Assembly (NCBI GenBank): GCA_043228905.1
Contig: JBHGNT010000021.1
Coordinates: 12,090,001-12,154,000, forward strand
Direction of reading: 5' to 3'
Length of the DNA stretch: 64,000 nt
Origin: Azolla caroliniana
Taxonomy: Eukaryota; Plantae; Polypodiophyta
Shown: positions 11,618 to 23,873 of the stretch, in pieces
How the letters are laid out: every line of letters begins with the position of its first letter
How positions within the stretch are numbered: position 1 is the first letter of the stretch
Made by a program: the position numbers and the translations under genes
The notes under the pieces: model-generated
What the model was told of the DNA's origin: nothing
What the model saw: the letters and a program-made list of their open reading frames with translations, nothing else
The model's database searches: none

Positions 11618-14600
11618 TGTTGAGAAGCAAGCTCAACAAAGGTATGTGATGCTTATTGAGAAATAAGCTATAGTAGCTATTAGCTAATTAGCTACTAGTG
11701 GACATAAAGGTGAAACAACTATTTAGCTATAGACAACTAATTAGCTACATATGTAAGTGACTTATATACTTAGGTAAAAAGTAAGAGTAGTAAGTTGTAA
11801 GAACAGAAAACAGAAAACAGACGAGAGCGAGTTGAGCTTTGCGTGTAATGAAATAGAAGAAGCTTTTTGGTTTGCTACACAGAGGTAAGTTTCCTTCCCC
11901 TTCCTTTTCTGTCTTGAGTACCTAACGATCCAACACATCACGATCTGTTGTGCACAAAGAAGAGCCGGAACACCTTCGTAACATGGTATTAGAGCTGAGT
12001 TGCTCGTAAAGAAGATTAGAACATTACATATCTAAGAAGTTTGTTTCTGGTTGCTTATCTGAATCAGAACATTGTCTATGAAGTTAATCGTAACAAAAGC
12101 CCTAATTGAAAGAGAGAATGGCTACTGAGAATGGAAGCCAAATAGTCACAGAAAAGCTAAATAAAAACAATTTCCCTGCGTGGAAATTTAGAATGACAAA
12201 TTTCCTAATGGGAAAAGGATACTAGGACTACATTGAAGGAGACCTAGAAGAGACTCCAGAGATCCCTAAGGAAAATGCAACTGCTACACAGATCAAAGAA
12301 TTTAAGGAATGGAATCAAGGGGCAAGGAAAGTATTGCATTGGCTCTCACTTAGCATCTTAGATTCGATGCTTGGACACATACAAGATGTTATGCTTCCAA
12401 AAGAAGCTTGGGACAATTTGGTAAAATTGTTTGCAATGAACACAAAGGTTAGAAAGCTTCAGTTGAAGACTGAGCTAAATACCTTGGAAAAAGGTAAGAT
12501 GCCAATGAATGAGTATGCTCTGAAAATAAAGAGCATATGTGAATCACTTGCTTCTATTAATGTGAAGGTAGAAGATGATGATAAGGTGGAAATATGTGCA
12601 AGAGGCTTAGGACCTCAATATAAAAGCTTCAAAACATCTATTCTCACAAGGGATAACATCCCAAGTTTTCTAGCTTTGGTTTCAATGCTTGTAGTGGAAG
12701 AAAGAAATAAGATGGATGATGTAAACAAAGGAAACTCTGATACTGAGGGGCAAGCCCTCTACAATACAGTTGGAAGAGGCCGAGGAAGAGACCATGGAAG
12801 ATTTGGTTCAGCTAGAACCAACAGTAACAATCAAGAAGAGGACAATAGGCTACAAATGGAAGAAACAACATCAAAGGTAGGAGGAGCAATCGAGGCAGAG
12901 GTAACCAAACTTATTTGAATAATGATGGTTGTTGGTATTGTGGAAAACCAAACCATACACAGGTTGAATGCTATAAAAAGCAAAATGATGAAAAAAGAGG
13001 GAAGAGACAGCAAAATAACTATGCTTCAACCAGTGAAGACTGTGATAAAGATGGTGCATTTGTGGTGCAACATGAAACAACACCAATGGCTGAATGTTCA
13101 CAAAGATGCAATGAAGAGTTTATGTGGTATGTAGATTCTGGGGCATCTAATCATATGACATGACATGCAAACTGGTTTGAAAGTCTAAGAGAACCAAAGA
13201 TTCTTGGTTATGTACAAGCAGGTGATAATACTACTTATCAAATAGAGCATGTTGGAGATATCCCATTGTGGGAAGAAAAAGGAAAAACAAAATATATGTT
13301 GAATGTTATGCATATGCCAAACCTTGCAAAAAATCTGATTTCTATTGGACAGATAGTGGAGCAAGGAATGCAAGTTAAGTTTAAGCAAAGTGGATGCTTT
13401 ATAAAGAGATAGGGAAAGCTTATTGCAAAAGGAAAACGACAAGGAAGGATGTTTGTGTTAGATGTGGATATGCCTAAAAAGATTACAACCATGTTTGCAG
13501 AAGGAATGAATGTAATCTCAAATGTGGAAATGTGGCATAAAAGAATCGGTCACATAAGTATGCAAACCTTGAAAAATATGTTGAGGAAAAATGCAGTGGC
13601 TGGATTGCCTAAGTTGAAAGATTGTGAGATGAGCAAGATATGTGAAGCATGTCAATATGGAAAGCAAAACAGGTTGCCTTTCCCTCATGAAAGACATGTA
13701 AGCAAAAATTTGTTGGATTTGGTACATACAAATGTATGGGGACCAACAAAAAATGCATCAATTAGTGGATGTAAGTTTTATGTAACATTTATTGATGATT
13801 GCTCAAGGAAAACATGGGTTTACTTCATGAAAGAAAAAAGTGAAGTATTTGATTGTTTTTGTAAGTTTAAATGCATGGTAGAAAAGCAGCCTAGAACTAA
13901 AATAAAGTGTTTAAGATCTAATGGAGGAGGAGAGTACTTCTCAAATGAATTTTTTGATTTTTTGTGCAATCAAGGAATAAGGAGATAGTTTACATGTAGA
14001 TATACTCCACAACAAAATGGAGTTGCTGAGAGGAAAAACAAAACTTTGGTGAACATAGCAAGAGCTTTAATGACAGAAAAAAATATGCCATTGTATTACT
14101 GGGCAGAAGTTGTAAACACAACAAACTTTATTCTAAATAGATGTATAACATTTGGAGTACATGAAGTAACCCCTGAAGAATGTTTCTATGGAAGGAAACC
14201 TAGTTAGGACACTTAAAAGTGTTTGGATGCCTTTGCTTATGTTCATGTACCCGCTGAAGTAAGAAGTAAGCTTGATCCAAAAGCCGAAAATTGTGTTCTT
14301 GTTGGATATTCAGAGGAGCAAAAAGGGTATAGATGTTATAACCCTTTGACAAAAAAGATTATGGTAAGCCGTGATGTAATATTTGATGAGTTGGGCAATT
14401 GGTACAACCCAAAACAAAATGTAGAAACTGATGAAGACAATGAAAATGAAGACAGAAGTGAATTTGAAAATGGAAGAGATTGCCATGGAGATGGAAACAA
14501 TGTTGGACAACAAAGTTCCACATCAATGGAATGTACTGGACCATCTAGAAGCTCAGGTAGTAAATCTGAATCTAATGCTTGGAGTGGAAAGTATGCAAGA

Positions 14601-16588
14601 CAAAAAAAATATGATGATAAAAAGGGAAAAAACAAAAGATGCCAAAATATGAAATGCTTGATGATGGATCTAGAAATATGGAAGATGTAGGTTCAGATAC
14701 ATCATTGGATGATGAGCTTGGTATAGGAGTCCTGAAAATCCTTGGTATGGAAAAGGCAATGAAAGATGCAAATCAGAAACTAAGAAGATCAGATAGAGAG
14801 AGAAATGAAGAGAATCGCGCGGAATATAGCTCAGCCACAACCGAGTAATGAAACACTTCGTTTAAGGATCAAACACAGAAATGGGAAATGAGGAGAGAAC
14901 GCATGTACCCACATCGACAATAGAGAGTACACAAGATGTTTACGTGGAAAACCCTAATAGGGAAAAACCATGGGAGCCCACAGACTCCAAACTAACACTA
15001 TGAAGAAAGAGGGTACACTCAGAAACTCGGAGGCAACGACCTCGAGTTCTGTATCTTCGCCAACCGACGGTTACAACAGAGTATCGCTCTTTATCTTTCT
15101 CTCTCACACTATCTCTCTGTACAACAGTTATGCACATACAACAATATGACAACTACACTAAAAATGTTTGCCCTAAGTCATATTTATACTTATATGAACT
15201 TAGGGCTATTTACAAATATAGCCTCAATAGGCTTACTACGAACATATTCACAAATATGTCTTCTCTTTCGGTTCTCACTAGGTTCTCTTCATTCAACATC
15301 GGATCCCATCTAGAGGGACCGATTTCCCAACAAAAAAGACTGTTGAAAGATTTGGTTATGATACATATATGGCTATGCATTATGCATACATGTCTAAAGT
15401 AATACAAATTCTTGATCCAAATAATTTTGATGAAGCAAAATCTGATAAGAAATGGGTGAATGCAATGCAAGAAGAAATAGATGCATTGGCTGAAAACAGA
15501 ACGTGGGATTTGGTAAAGTTATCGAAAGGAAAAAATGTTGTAGGTTGCAAATGGGTCTACAAAACAAAGCATGATTCCAATGGGAATGTTAGTAGACATA
15601 AAGCAAGACTTGTGACAAAGGGATATGCCCAAATGCATGGAATTGATTATGATGAAACATTTGCACCGGTTGCAAAGATGGCAACATTGAGAACACTACT
15701 TGTTGTGAGTGCAGCCAAAAGATGGGTTCTACACCATATGGATGTAAAAAATGCCTTTTTACATGGTAACTTAGAAGAAGAAGTGTATATGTGTCAACAA
15801 CTAGGTTTTGAAGATAAGAAGCATCCAGAATATGTATGTAGGTTGAAAAAGGCTCTCTATGGATTGAAACAAGCACCAAGGGCATGGCATAAAGAACTTT
15901 CAGAATCTCTAAGAAAACTTGCTTTCAAAATGTCAAAGGTTGATCCATCATTGTATGTAAAAAGGATAAATGATTGCATTGTTGTTATTTTGATTTATGT
16001 TGATGATTTCATCATTGGAGGTGATTCCATGGATGAAATAAGCAAGTTGAAAAAAAATCTTGAAATGCAATTTCATATGAAGGATTTGGGAGAGCTGAGA
16101 TACTTTCTTAGCATCGAGATGATCAGATCTGAAAGTGGTATATATATGTTGCAAAGACAATATGTAACAACTATATTGAAGAAGTATGGTATGCTTGGAT
16201 GCAAACCTATTGATGTACCACTGGATAAGAACTACAAATTGAGGGCTCGATTTGGGAGCCAAAATAGAATATGTAAACATGTACAGGTCTATGGTGGGCA
16301 ACCTCATATATTTGACTATAACAAGACCTGATTTGAGTTATGTTGTTGGATTAGTCAGCCAGTTTATGCAATAGTCAACAAGCCACATTTGGACTACATA
16401 AGAAGAATTTTGAGGTATGTAAAAGCTACTCAAAATTATGGACTGTTTTACAGGGCTGATTTGGACATAAAACTGGAAGGATATATAGATGTTGATTGGG
16501 CTGGAAGCCAAACTGACAGAAGATCCACAAGTGGATATATGTTTACATTGGGAAGTGCAACTATTTCATGGAGTAGCAAGAAACAAGC
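11618..16588 (+). mobile_element. Copia B: Ty1/Copia retrotransposon interrupted in RNase H by LTR E
   Basis: 5' LTR 11618-11983 (TGTTGAG...TAACA); PBS TGGTATTAGAGC (iMet) at 11984; gag from ATG 12118; CWYCGKPNH knuckle; WYVDSGAS; WHKRIGH..CEAC integrase; RT LIYVDDF; RH GYIDVDWAG..SWSSKKQA. Confidence 0.92.
14806..15332 (-). mobile_element. Solo Copia LTR (related to the Copia F LTR) inserted in Copia B
   Basis: TG...CA ends; homologous to 43605-44093; TSD AGAAA/AAAAA; removing it restores LRRSDRERKTVERFGY in B pol. Confidence 0.88.
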
Positions 16589-16914
16589 TATTGGAGAGCG
16601 CTTGAATCTCCACATTCATCGCTTCGATCCATCACGGTGTCGCGAAGTTTCGCGCACGTGTGTTACTTGGGTGGGACCACGGGTGTCTTGGACTAGGGAG
16701 TACTCAAGGGATAGAAAAGACCCGAGGTTTGCTTTACAACAATACTACTTCCCGACCCCTTCCCGAGCAAGGTCTCATTGCCCTTTGTTTTGTGAGGTCG
16801 GTGGCTCTCGTTGATCACGACTCGTCGACCTTCCGAGATCACCACACGAGCCAAGTGACCAAACAGGTACAAGCAAGATGACCACGCAACATGAACGCAC
16901 AAGGGGACGATAAC

Positions 16915-17648
16915 ACAAACACGAATGTCTGTACGTCTTTATGAGGAGGAGAGGTGCATGGGCACGCCCTAACGCTCCCTCGTCACAAGACGTTGAACGT
17001 ACGAGGAAGACACAAAACACATGCACAAATGCTCGTATGCCTTTATGAGGAGGAGAGGTGCATGGGCAAACCCGAACGCTCCCTCATCACGAGACGACTG
17101 AACGTACAAGGAAGACACAAACACACGCACAAAATGCTCGTACGCCTTTATGAGGAGGAGAGGTGCATGGGCAAGCCCGAAACGGTCCCTCGTGACGAGA
17201 CGGTCGAACGTAAAAGGAAGGCATAAACACACGCACAAAATGCTCGTACGTCTTTATGAGGAGGAGAGGTGCATGGGCACGCCCGAAATGCTCCCTCGTC
17301 ACAAGACGACCGAACGTATAAGGAAGACACAAACACACACACAAATGCTTGTGCGCCTTTATGAGGAGGAGAGGTGCATGGGCAAGCCTGAACAATCCCC
17401 TCGTCACAAGACGGTTGAATGTACAAGGAAGACACAAACACACACACAAATTCTTGTACGCCTTTATGAGGAGGAGAGGTGCATGGGCAAGCCCGAACGG
17501 TCCCCTCGTCACAAGACGGCCGAACGTACAAGAAAGACACAAACACACGTACAAAATGCTCATACGCCTTTATGAGGAGGAGAGGTGCATGGGCAAACCC
17601 GAACGGTCCCCTCGTCACAAGACGACCGAACGTACAAGGAAGACACGA
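16915..17648. repeat. Tandem array of 7 x ~105-bp units inside LTR J
   Basis: TTTATGAGGAGGAGAGGTGCATGGGCA recurs at 16938, 17042, 17147, 17253, 17358, 17463 and 17569. Confidence 0.95.
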
Positions 17649-18334
17649 ATAAAGAAAGGAGAGAAAGAAACACGAATGATATCGACCAAAGAGATAAATA
17701 CGTTGTCGTGCCTTTCGGCTCCGGATCGTTTGCGTGAGTCGGGTGGGAACCACTGGGGTTATGGACTAGGAAGAGGAAGAATTTGAGGCGATTTTAATTA
17801 TTTATAGATGATTAGAAGCTTGTGAATCCCACAAGTAGAGTTGTTTTAGTTTGTCTTAATCATAGTAATAAATTGAAATAGTTTAGAATAGTTTAGAGTA
17901 GAAATAGAAAAGAGATCAAACCTTGTGAATCCCACAAGTATTACATTAATCAATATTTATGTAAGAATATGAATTTAGATTGAAAGAGATAGATTATATA
18001 AAACTTTGTGAATCCCACGATTATATTAATTGGTGTTTTAGGAAATATATCCAATTTCCCAAATATTTTTCACCCCTATTACATTGTGCTCCACATCCTT
18101 ATATAGTGATGAGAGAGTCTTCACAATCCATGCTTTTTCTCTAACTATAGACTATATGCTTTATCTAACATTCTTTTTCTAACTTTAGTTTTCATGCACA
18201 CTGCATGTGCATGATTAGCTTTCTATCCCATCTTTTTCTTTTAACTCGAGTGTGTATGTATGAGTAACTTTTTGTACCATGCATATCTAGAATATTTACA
18301 TTGGATAAAGTTTAGTATACCCTTTAAAATTCAT

Positions 18335-18406
18335 AATATGCTAGTATAGTGATAAGGCTTAACATTATTAACATGGAGGTGCAAGGTTCGAATCTTGCCC
18401 TATGCA
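18335..18406 (+). promoter_or_regulatory. tRNA-like Pol III A/B-box cassette in the LTR of C
   Basis: A-box-like TAGTATAGTGATAAG; GAGGTGCAAGGTTCGAATCT B box. Confidence 0.6.
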
Positions 18407-19539
18407 TGTAATATATATTTTTATAGTTTCTTCTATTTACAAATATATCTCTTCATCTGGTGAGAGGTTCTCACCGGCCTTCTTCATCCGGCTCTTGCCG
18501 GTTCTACTTCATTCGATTCTCGCCAGTTTTCTTTATCCGGTTCTTACCGGGTCCTCTTCGTCCGTTTCTCATCGACTCTCACCGGCCTTCTTCCTTCGGC
18601 TCTTGCCGGGTCTCCTTACCGGTTTCGATCCTTACCGGTTCCTCCTTCTTGTTCTCATCGGGTACTCCATGTCCTATCCGGAGAGACCAAAAATGTAATT
18701 TTTCAAGTAGTGTGCGAATTACACTACGACACTCGCCCCCTCCTAACCCGCACATCCTCCGGTATGTGCCGAAGCTGTCGGTGATTGTTAGTCTCTTCCA
18801 TCTGGTCTCTGCCCGATTGGTATCGTCGCCGGTCTCATTGCCGATTTTGTTGCCGGTTTTGTTCGGTTTCCGGCTCCGCCCGGTTTTTGGTTGCCGGCTC
18901 TCGTATTTCTCCTTTACTCGCAATCCCCTCCGTTTCTCTTGCTATGTTGACTTTGCCTCTCCATTTTGAGCACATCCATTCTTTCCACCTGGACCATTGT
19001 TGCCATCTGATCCACCATATTCTTCGTTCACTGTTTGCATGGCCATGGTCGGTTGTCGCGGCTCCTCGTGCTCCTCTTGAGCATAACCCTTCATGTCTTG
19101 TGCATGTTCCATGCTTCCCACTTTGTTCACTTTTGTCGCATAATCTTGCGTTAGAGTTGACAATCTTCATGTTAGAGCCCTCCTCCTTTGTTGAGATCTC
19201 ATCCTCGGTAACACCTTTAAATCAGCTTGGCCCTCGGCATCCGTGGTAGTGTCTTTTCTTGGCCTCTTTGTTGTAACCGTTGGCCTCAATCTTTTCGACC
19301 CCTGGTTTAGTTGGATTAGCTTCTTATTGATTCGGTCTTGTCCGATCCGCTTTCGGTTGGATCGTATTAGCTTCTTTCCGATTCGGTCTCGTTTGATCGG
19401 CTTTTGGTTAGATTGGCTTCCGATCGGATTCGTATTCAGTCGAATCGGACTCAGTTGATCGGTTTGGATTGAGTCAGCCCCTTCTGGGTCGGTTTCGATC
19501 TATCGGTTTTGGTTTTGGTTGGCTTTCTTTTCCTCGTTT

Positions 19540-20895
19540 TCACCAGCCTCGACCGGTTTTCATCCGACTAAGTCGGATTAGCTTCTTTCCGGATCGGTCT
19601 CGTCCGATCATCTTCCATCCGAACCGGCTTCCGACTTTACATTTCTTGCCGCCACCTCCCGTCTCTCCGGTCTCACGTTGCTTCTCGGACACAACCGCCA
19701 AAGTCTCTAGGATTAGTGGGCAGGAATCCTCGGTATTATCGTTCTCTGTCGTTTCACGCATATCCACTTTCTTGGCTATCTCTCCGTTGTATGCATCAAC
19801 TTCGGCCTTCGTTTTCTCTCTGCCACCTTTCGTCTCTTCGGTCTCACGTTGCCTTTCGAATGCAACTACCGGAGTCTCTAGAATCAGTGGAAGGGAAGTC
19901 TCAATATGACCATCCGCCATTGATTCATCCATAGCCACCTTTGATTCGATGTCATCTTTCGTGGCGACCTCCTCAATCAAGTCCTCCTTGGTCTCTTTCA
20001 CTGCATCAATTATGCAAACATCAATTATGCTTACCCCTTTTTCACCCGATGTTTCGGACACTTGTATTCCGAAATCTTCTTCTACACTTGGGTTATCGGC
20101 CTTATCCTTCGCCGTCGTTCATTCGCAAGTCAAGAGGGTAGCTTGTTGTACACCCTCTTCCGTCGCACCATCATGTTGTATTTCGGCCTTCATATTGGCT
20201 CCATCATTTGTCTTCAATCGACCATCCTTCATCAGCCATGTCGTTGACAAGATTCTCATCTTCCTCTCATCATGTCTCTAGCATACCCTTTGGACTTCGG
20301 CCCAATCTTCGGTAAGACCATTCACACCGTCATCGTCTTCAAGTTCGATCCCGATATCCATCCTTTCTTTTCGATCAATCGATTATATGAACATTAGGAC
20401 TTTATCCTCTCCCACCAATCTTTGTTCCCGCTCCAAGAGTTGAGCAAAACGATGCTCGAACTCTAGGAATGCTTGTGTTGCACTTCGGTGGGTCTTCTCC
20501 GATGCCACCCATTCGTCAAACTCGCGTCGATCTCGTCCCTTCGATCTCTCGTAGTCATATGCCTCTCGTAAAGCTTCTTCAAAGGACCCCCATGTTGGAT
20601 TTTGTTGCCGTAACTTGTAGATTCTTTCTTGTAACTCATCCGTGGCTACCCGACTGAAGGATATCACTTGCAATCCTTCTGGTATCCCACATCGCCTCAT
20701 CTCCGCTTTGTAGTCACATATATAGCATGACACATCATTTCCGTTGAATTCCCCATTTCGTCGCACAAGCCACTCTACTGCCGCCTTCATCTCCGTCATT
20801 GCGCGTTGTTCTTGTTGCATCCGCTCAATCATCATCATCATCATCATGTTAATTGCCTCTTGTTGATTCTCCATCTCCTTGCCACCCGTCTTCAC
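19540..20895 (-). pseudogene. Gag capsid-like ORF plus acidic low-complexity tail of element C
   Basis: GEFNGNDVSCY..W.SFEEAL..FDEWVAS..KVLMFI..GLTEDW is homologous to the gags of D and I; no pol. Confidence 0.8.
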
Positions 20896-21944
20896 GTCGG
20901 GTTCACCACTTGTGTCGTGCCTTTCGGCTCCGGATCGTTTGTGTGAGTCGGGTGGGAACCACTAGGGTTATGGACTAGGAAGAGGAAGAATTTGAGGCGA
21001 TTTTAATTATGTATAGATTATTAGAAGCTTGTGAATCCCACAAGTAGAGTTGTTTTAGTTTGTCTTAATCATAGTAATAAATTGAAATAGTTTAGAATAG
21101 TTTAGAGTAGAAATAGAAAAGAGATCAAACCTTGTGAATCCCACAAGTATTACATCAATCTAAATTCATATTCTTACATAAATATTGATTAATGTAATAC
21201 TTGTGGGATTCACAAGGTTTGATCTCTTTTCTATTTCTACTCTAAACTATTCTAAACTATTTCAATTTATTACTATGATTAAGACAAACTAAAACAACTC
21301 TACTTGTGGGATTCACAAGCTTCTAATAATCTATACATAATTAAAATCGCCTCAAATTCTTCCTCTTCGTAGTCCATAACCCCAGTGGTTCCCACCTGAC
21401 TCACGCAAACGATCCGGAGCCGAAAGGCACAACAACGTGTTTGATTCCAACGTAAGAGGACCCTTTATAAAATAGGGTTTTGTTTACAATGACAACTTAT
21501 AGTTAACCACAAGCTCAATCAAAACATAAATATTAAATGCCCGTAGAGACAAAAGCAAATGCGAACACGACGAAGATGAACACACGAGCACCACCAAAAT
21601 GCCAATCCCAACGAACCACGACCACCCGAACGACGAGCACACGGGCTCGCAACGACGAACGAGGCGGAGCAACGTCGAACCAACGAAGCTTGGGCTCACG
21701 AGCACTTCGAGTGCCGACGCGAAGAAGACGAGCACGTGGCGATGGGGGGATGAAGGGGTATGAGATGAAGAGAAGTGGTGAATAAGGAGATGAAGAGCTT
21801 CGAAGGAAAATTGGCGATAGTCTCCTCCTCCCAAAACGTCCTCCCGAATGAGCCCCCCTCGACCTCCTTTTATAGGAAAAAAAGAAAGGGGGGTCGCCAA
21901 TTTTGTCTTCAATGAAAAAGGAATAAAATTCCTTAAATCACGAT

Positions 21945-22016
21945 GCACTATAAGACTAGATTCAAATCGTGCACCTCTAGCTAGTAGTCAATGTGACTAT
22001 CCACTAGCCCACTAAC
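21945..22016 (-). promoter_or_regulatory. Degenerate tRNA-like A/B-box cassette in LTR J
   Basis: Minus strand GTGGGCTAGTGGATAG...GAGGTGCACGATTTGAATCT. Confidence 0.45.
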
Positions 22017-23873
22017 TCTCTCTTATATAATACATAATTCTATCTCTATAAATTCATAGCCTGTCTCCCCTCTACCTTTTATCTCTCCTCTCTCTTACTT
22101 TTTGCACGAGCTTCTATACCTCCTTTTCACCCTTTCTTTTCCTTTTTATTTTGCATATGCACAATTAATCGCTTTTGTGTGCACACACATTGCACATGCA
22201 CATTTTTGACCCCCCCCTTTCGCCGGTTTTTCCCACTCTCAAGCACGCCACATCACAACAACGAGTCCTTGATGGCGTCGGAAAACATTTCCGGCTCTCG
22301 AATTGTCGCCACTTTCGTCATAAAGGCATAATGATATGTCATGTAGTCATTGTAGCCGAATCAGTTGACTACGTTCTTTTCTTAGGTGGAGTGATGAGGT
22401 GCCCCTAGTGTCCCCATACTAGGAACATCCATTAGTTGGGAAACATGTCCCTTCGGATGGGAAGAGAGAGAGTCAAATCAGATGGAGTTAATGAGTAATT
22501 CGGCCGAGGCCAAAAATCAAAATCGAAATCGAAAATCGATTATGTAACCGATTTAAGAGACTATATTTGTAAATAGTCTAAATGTGCCCCATGTGGGCTA
22601 TAACTGTAAATAGCCAAAAAGTTGTATAAGTATAAATACAACTAGGGCAAACTTTATGTTGCAGTTGGATCATTATAGTTGTAATAAGTTACACTCAGTA
22701 ACTGAGAGTGAGTGACAGTGGGTGAGTGAGAACAAAGTTGTAACCCTATAACAGCCCGTTGACGGAGAGTGTCTTATTGGATATATCCTCCTACTGTATA
22801 ATAATCTGTTCGGAGTTCGAGGACTGTTACCGTCTGGCAAGAAGGCTTAAGGAGGTCCAAATCAGAGTGTGAAAAGGAATAGTTTATTTGGGAACTGTTG
22901 TAATTAGTAATCTTAATATAGATATATATGAGAAGATGTGGACGGATGGACTGGAATCGGTATGCCGATCCGGATCCGGACCGATCCCGTAAAGGTGCCG
23001 GTTGGCACCGTTTTGTATTTCGCACCAGAGACCTATATAAAGGCTTGGTTATAATGTAATCAGAAGCGGATAATTAATAGAGCTTATTGTCTTAATCTTC
23101 CAGTTTTGATTACCGTTCTGTATTCATTGTTATATCTTACGCATGTTAATTACGAATTGCTAAGTAACCAATTAAGGTCTAATTAAGCGTTGTGTCGTAA
23201 GTCATTCTGCCATACCACCCTTTGGTGAAGTGTCTTAAGTGGACACCCTGTGTTAGGCTATTGTCCGGCCCTAGGATTAACACAGTTTTTGGCGACCACG
23301 ATTCCTGCACAATCGCAGTGAACAACAGCAGGAATGGATGACTAGACCAACAGACAACCCAGTTACGGAGAGAGCACGAAGACTTGTTGAACGGAGAAGG
23401 CGGTGAGAGACTTTCCAGCAAGCAGCGGAAGAAATCCGAACGGATCGATCATTTTCCAAAGTGATCCGGAAAGTGGCGGAGGAGTCGCTCCGTCTGCAAC
23501 AAAACGCCTACCCGGACGAAGGAAGCAGCTTAAGCAGCCTCTGGGAAGCGGAAACCCTTCTCTAGGCCTTGGCCGGAAGAGACGGCGAATCCGAAGCATT
23601 TTTAGCGCTGGAATCGGATTCGGAAGGGGGTTACAGCGCGCACACGAATTATCGCAGCAGTAACGACACCCTAGGAGGACCGGAGGACGAGGAGTCGGAT
23701 ACATTACCGACACCGGAACTAGAGTTGGCAGACCGGGAACCTCCGACACTAGACGTGGAGCAGCCTCCGAAGATGGAAAAAGACCGGCAAAGACCTCCAA
23801 CATCGGAAGTCGAGCCGGCAACACCAAAGGAAGACCGGCAAAGACCTCCGACGCCGACGGAACAACAGGAAAT

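Larger units (their letters stand above)
17704..21434 (-). mobile_element. Element C: gag-only non-autonomous Trp-primed LTR element with a fold-back 5' LTR
   Basis: 3' LTR 17704-18731 with G-rich PPT-like flank; PBS TGGTGAACCCGACGTG (minus strand, 20893-20908); gag ~20270-20895; 5' LTR replaced by an inverted duplication 20913-21434; TSD ACGT/ACGT. Confidence 0.88.
16638..22260 (-). mobile_element. Solo LTR J of the Trp-primed Gypsy lineage (~1.9 kb after removing nested element C)
   Basis: Ends TGTCGCG...CATCACAACA; conserved U5 motif GGGACCACGGG..TCTTGGACTAGG; 4-bp TSD ACGG/ACGA. Confidence 0.8.

Noticed and set aside
16915-17648. CRISPR array or tandem hammerhead ribozymes (retrozyme-like)
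   Set aside because: There are no unique spacers and whole units are homologous. The core reads CTTTATGAG rather than CTGATGAG, and GAAA is not conserved across units.
18335-18406. Functional tRNA genes here and at 21945 and 44812
   Set aside because: The A/B boxes are present but acceptor and anticodon stems do not pair convincingly, so they are reported only as tRNA-like cassettes.
17704-21434. TIR DNA transposon or DIRS-like element
   Set aside because: The inverted ends are LTR U5 copies; the element has a PBS, PPT-like tract and gag, with no transposase or tyrosine recombinase.
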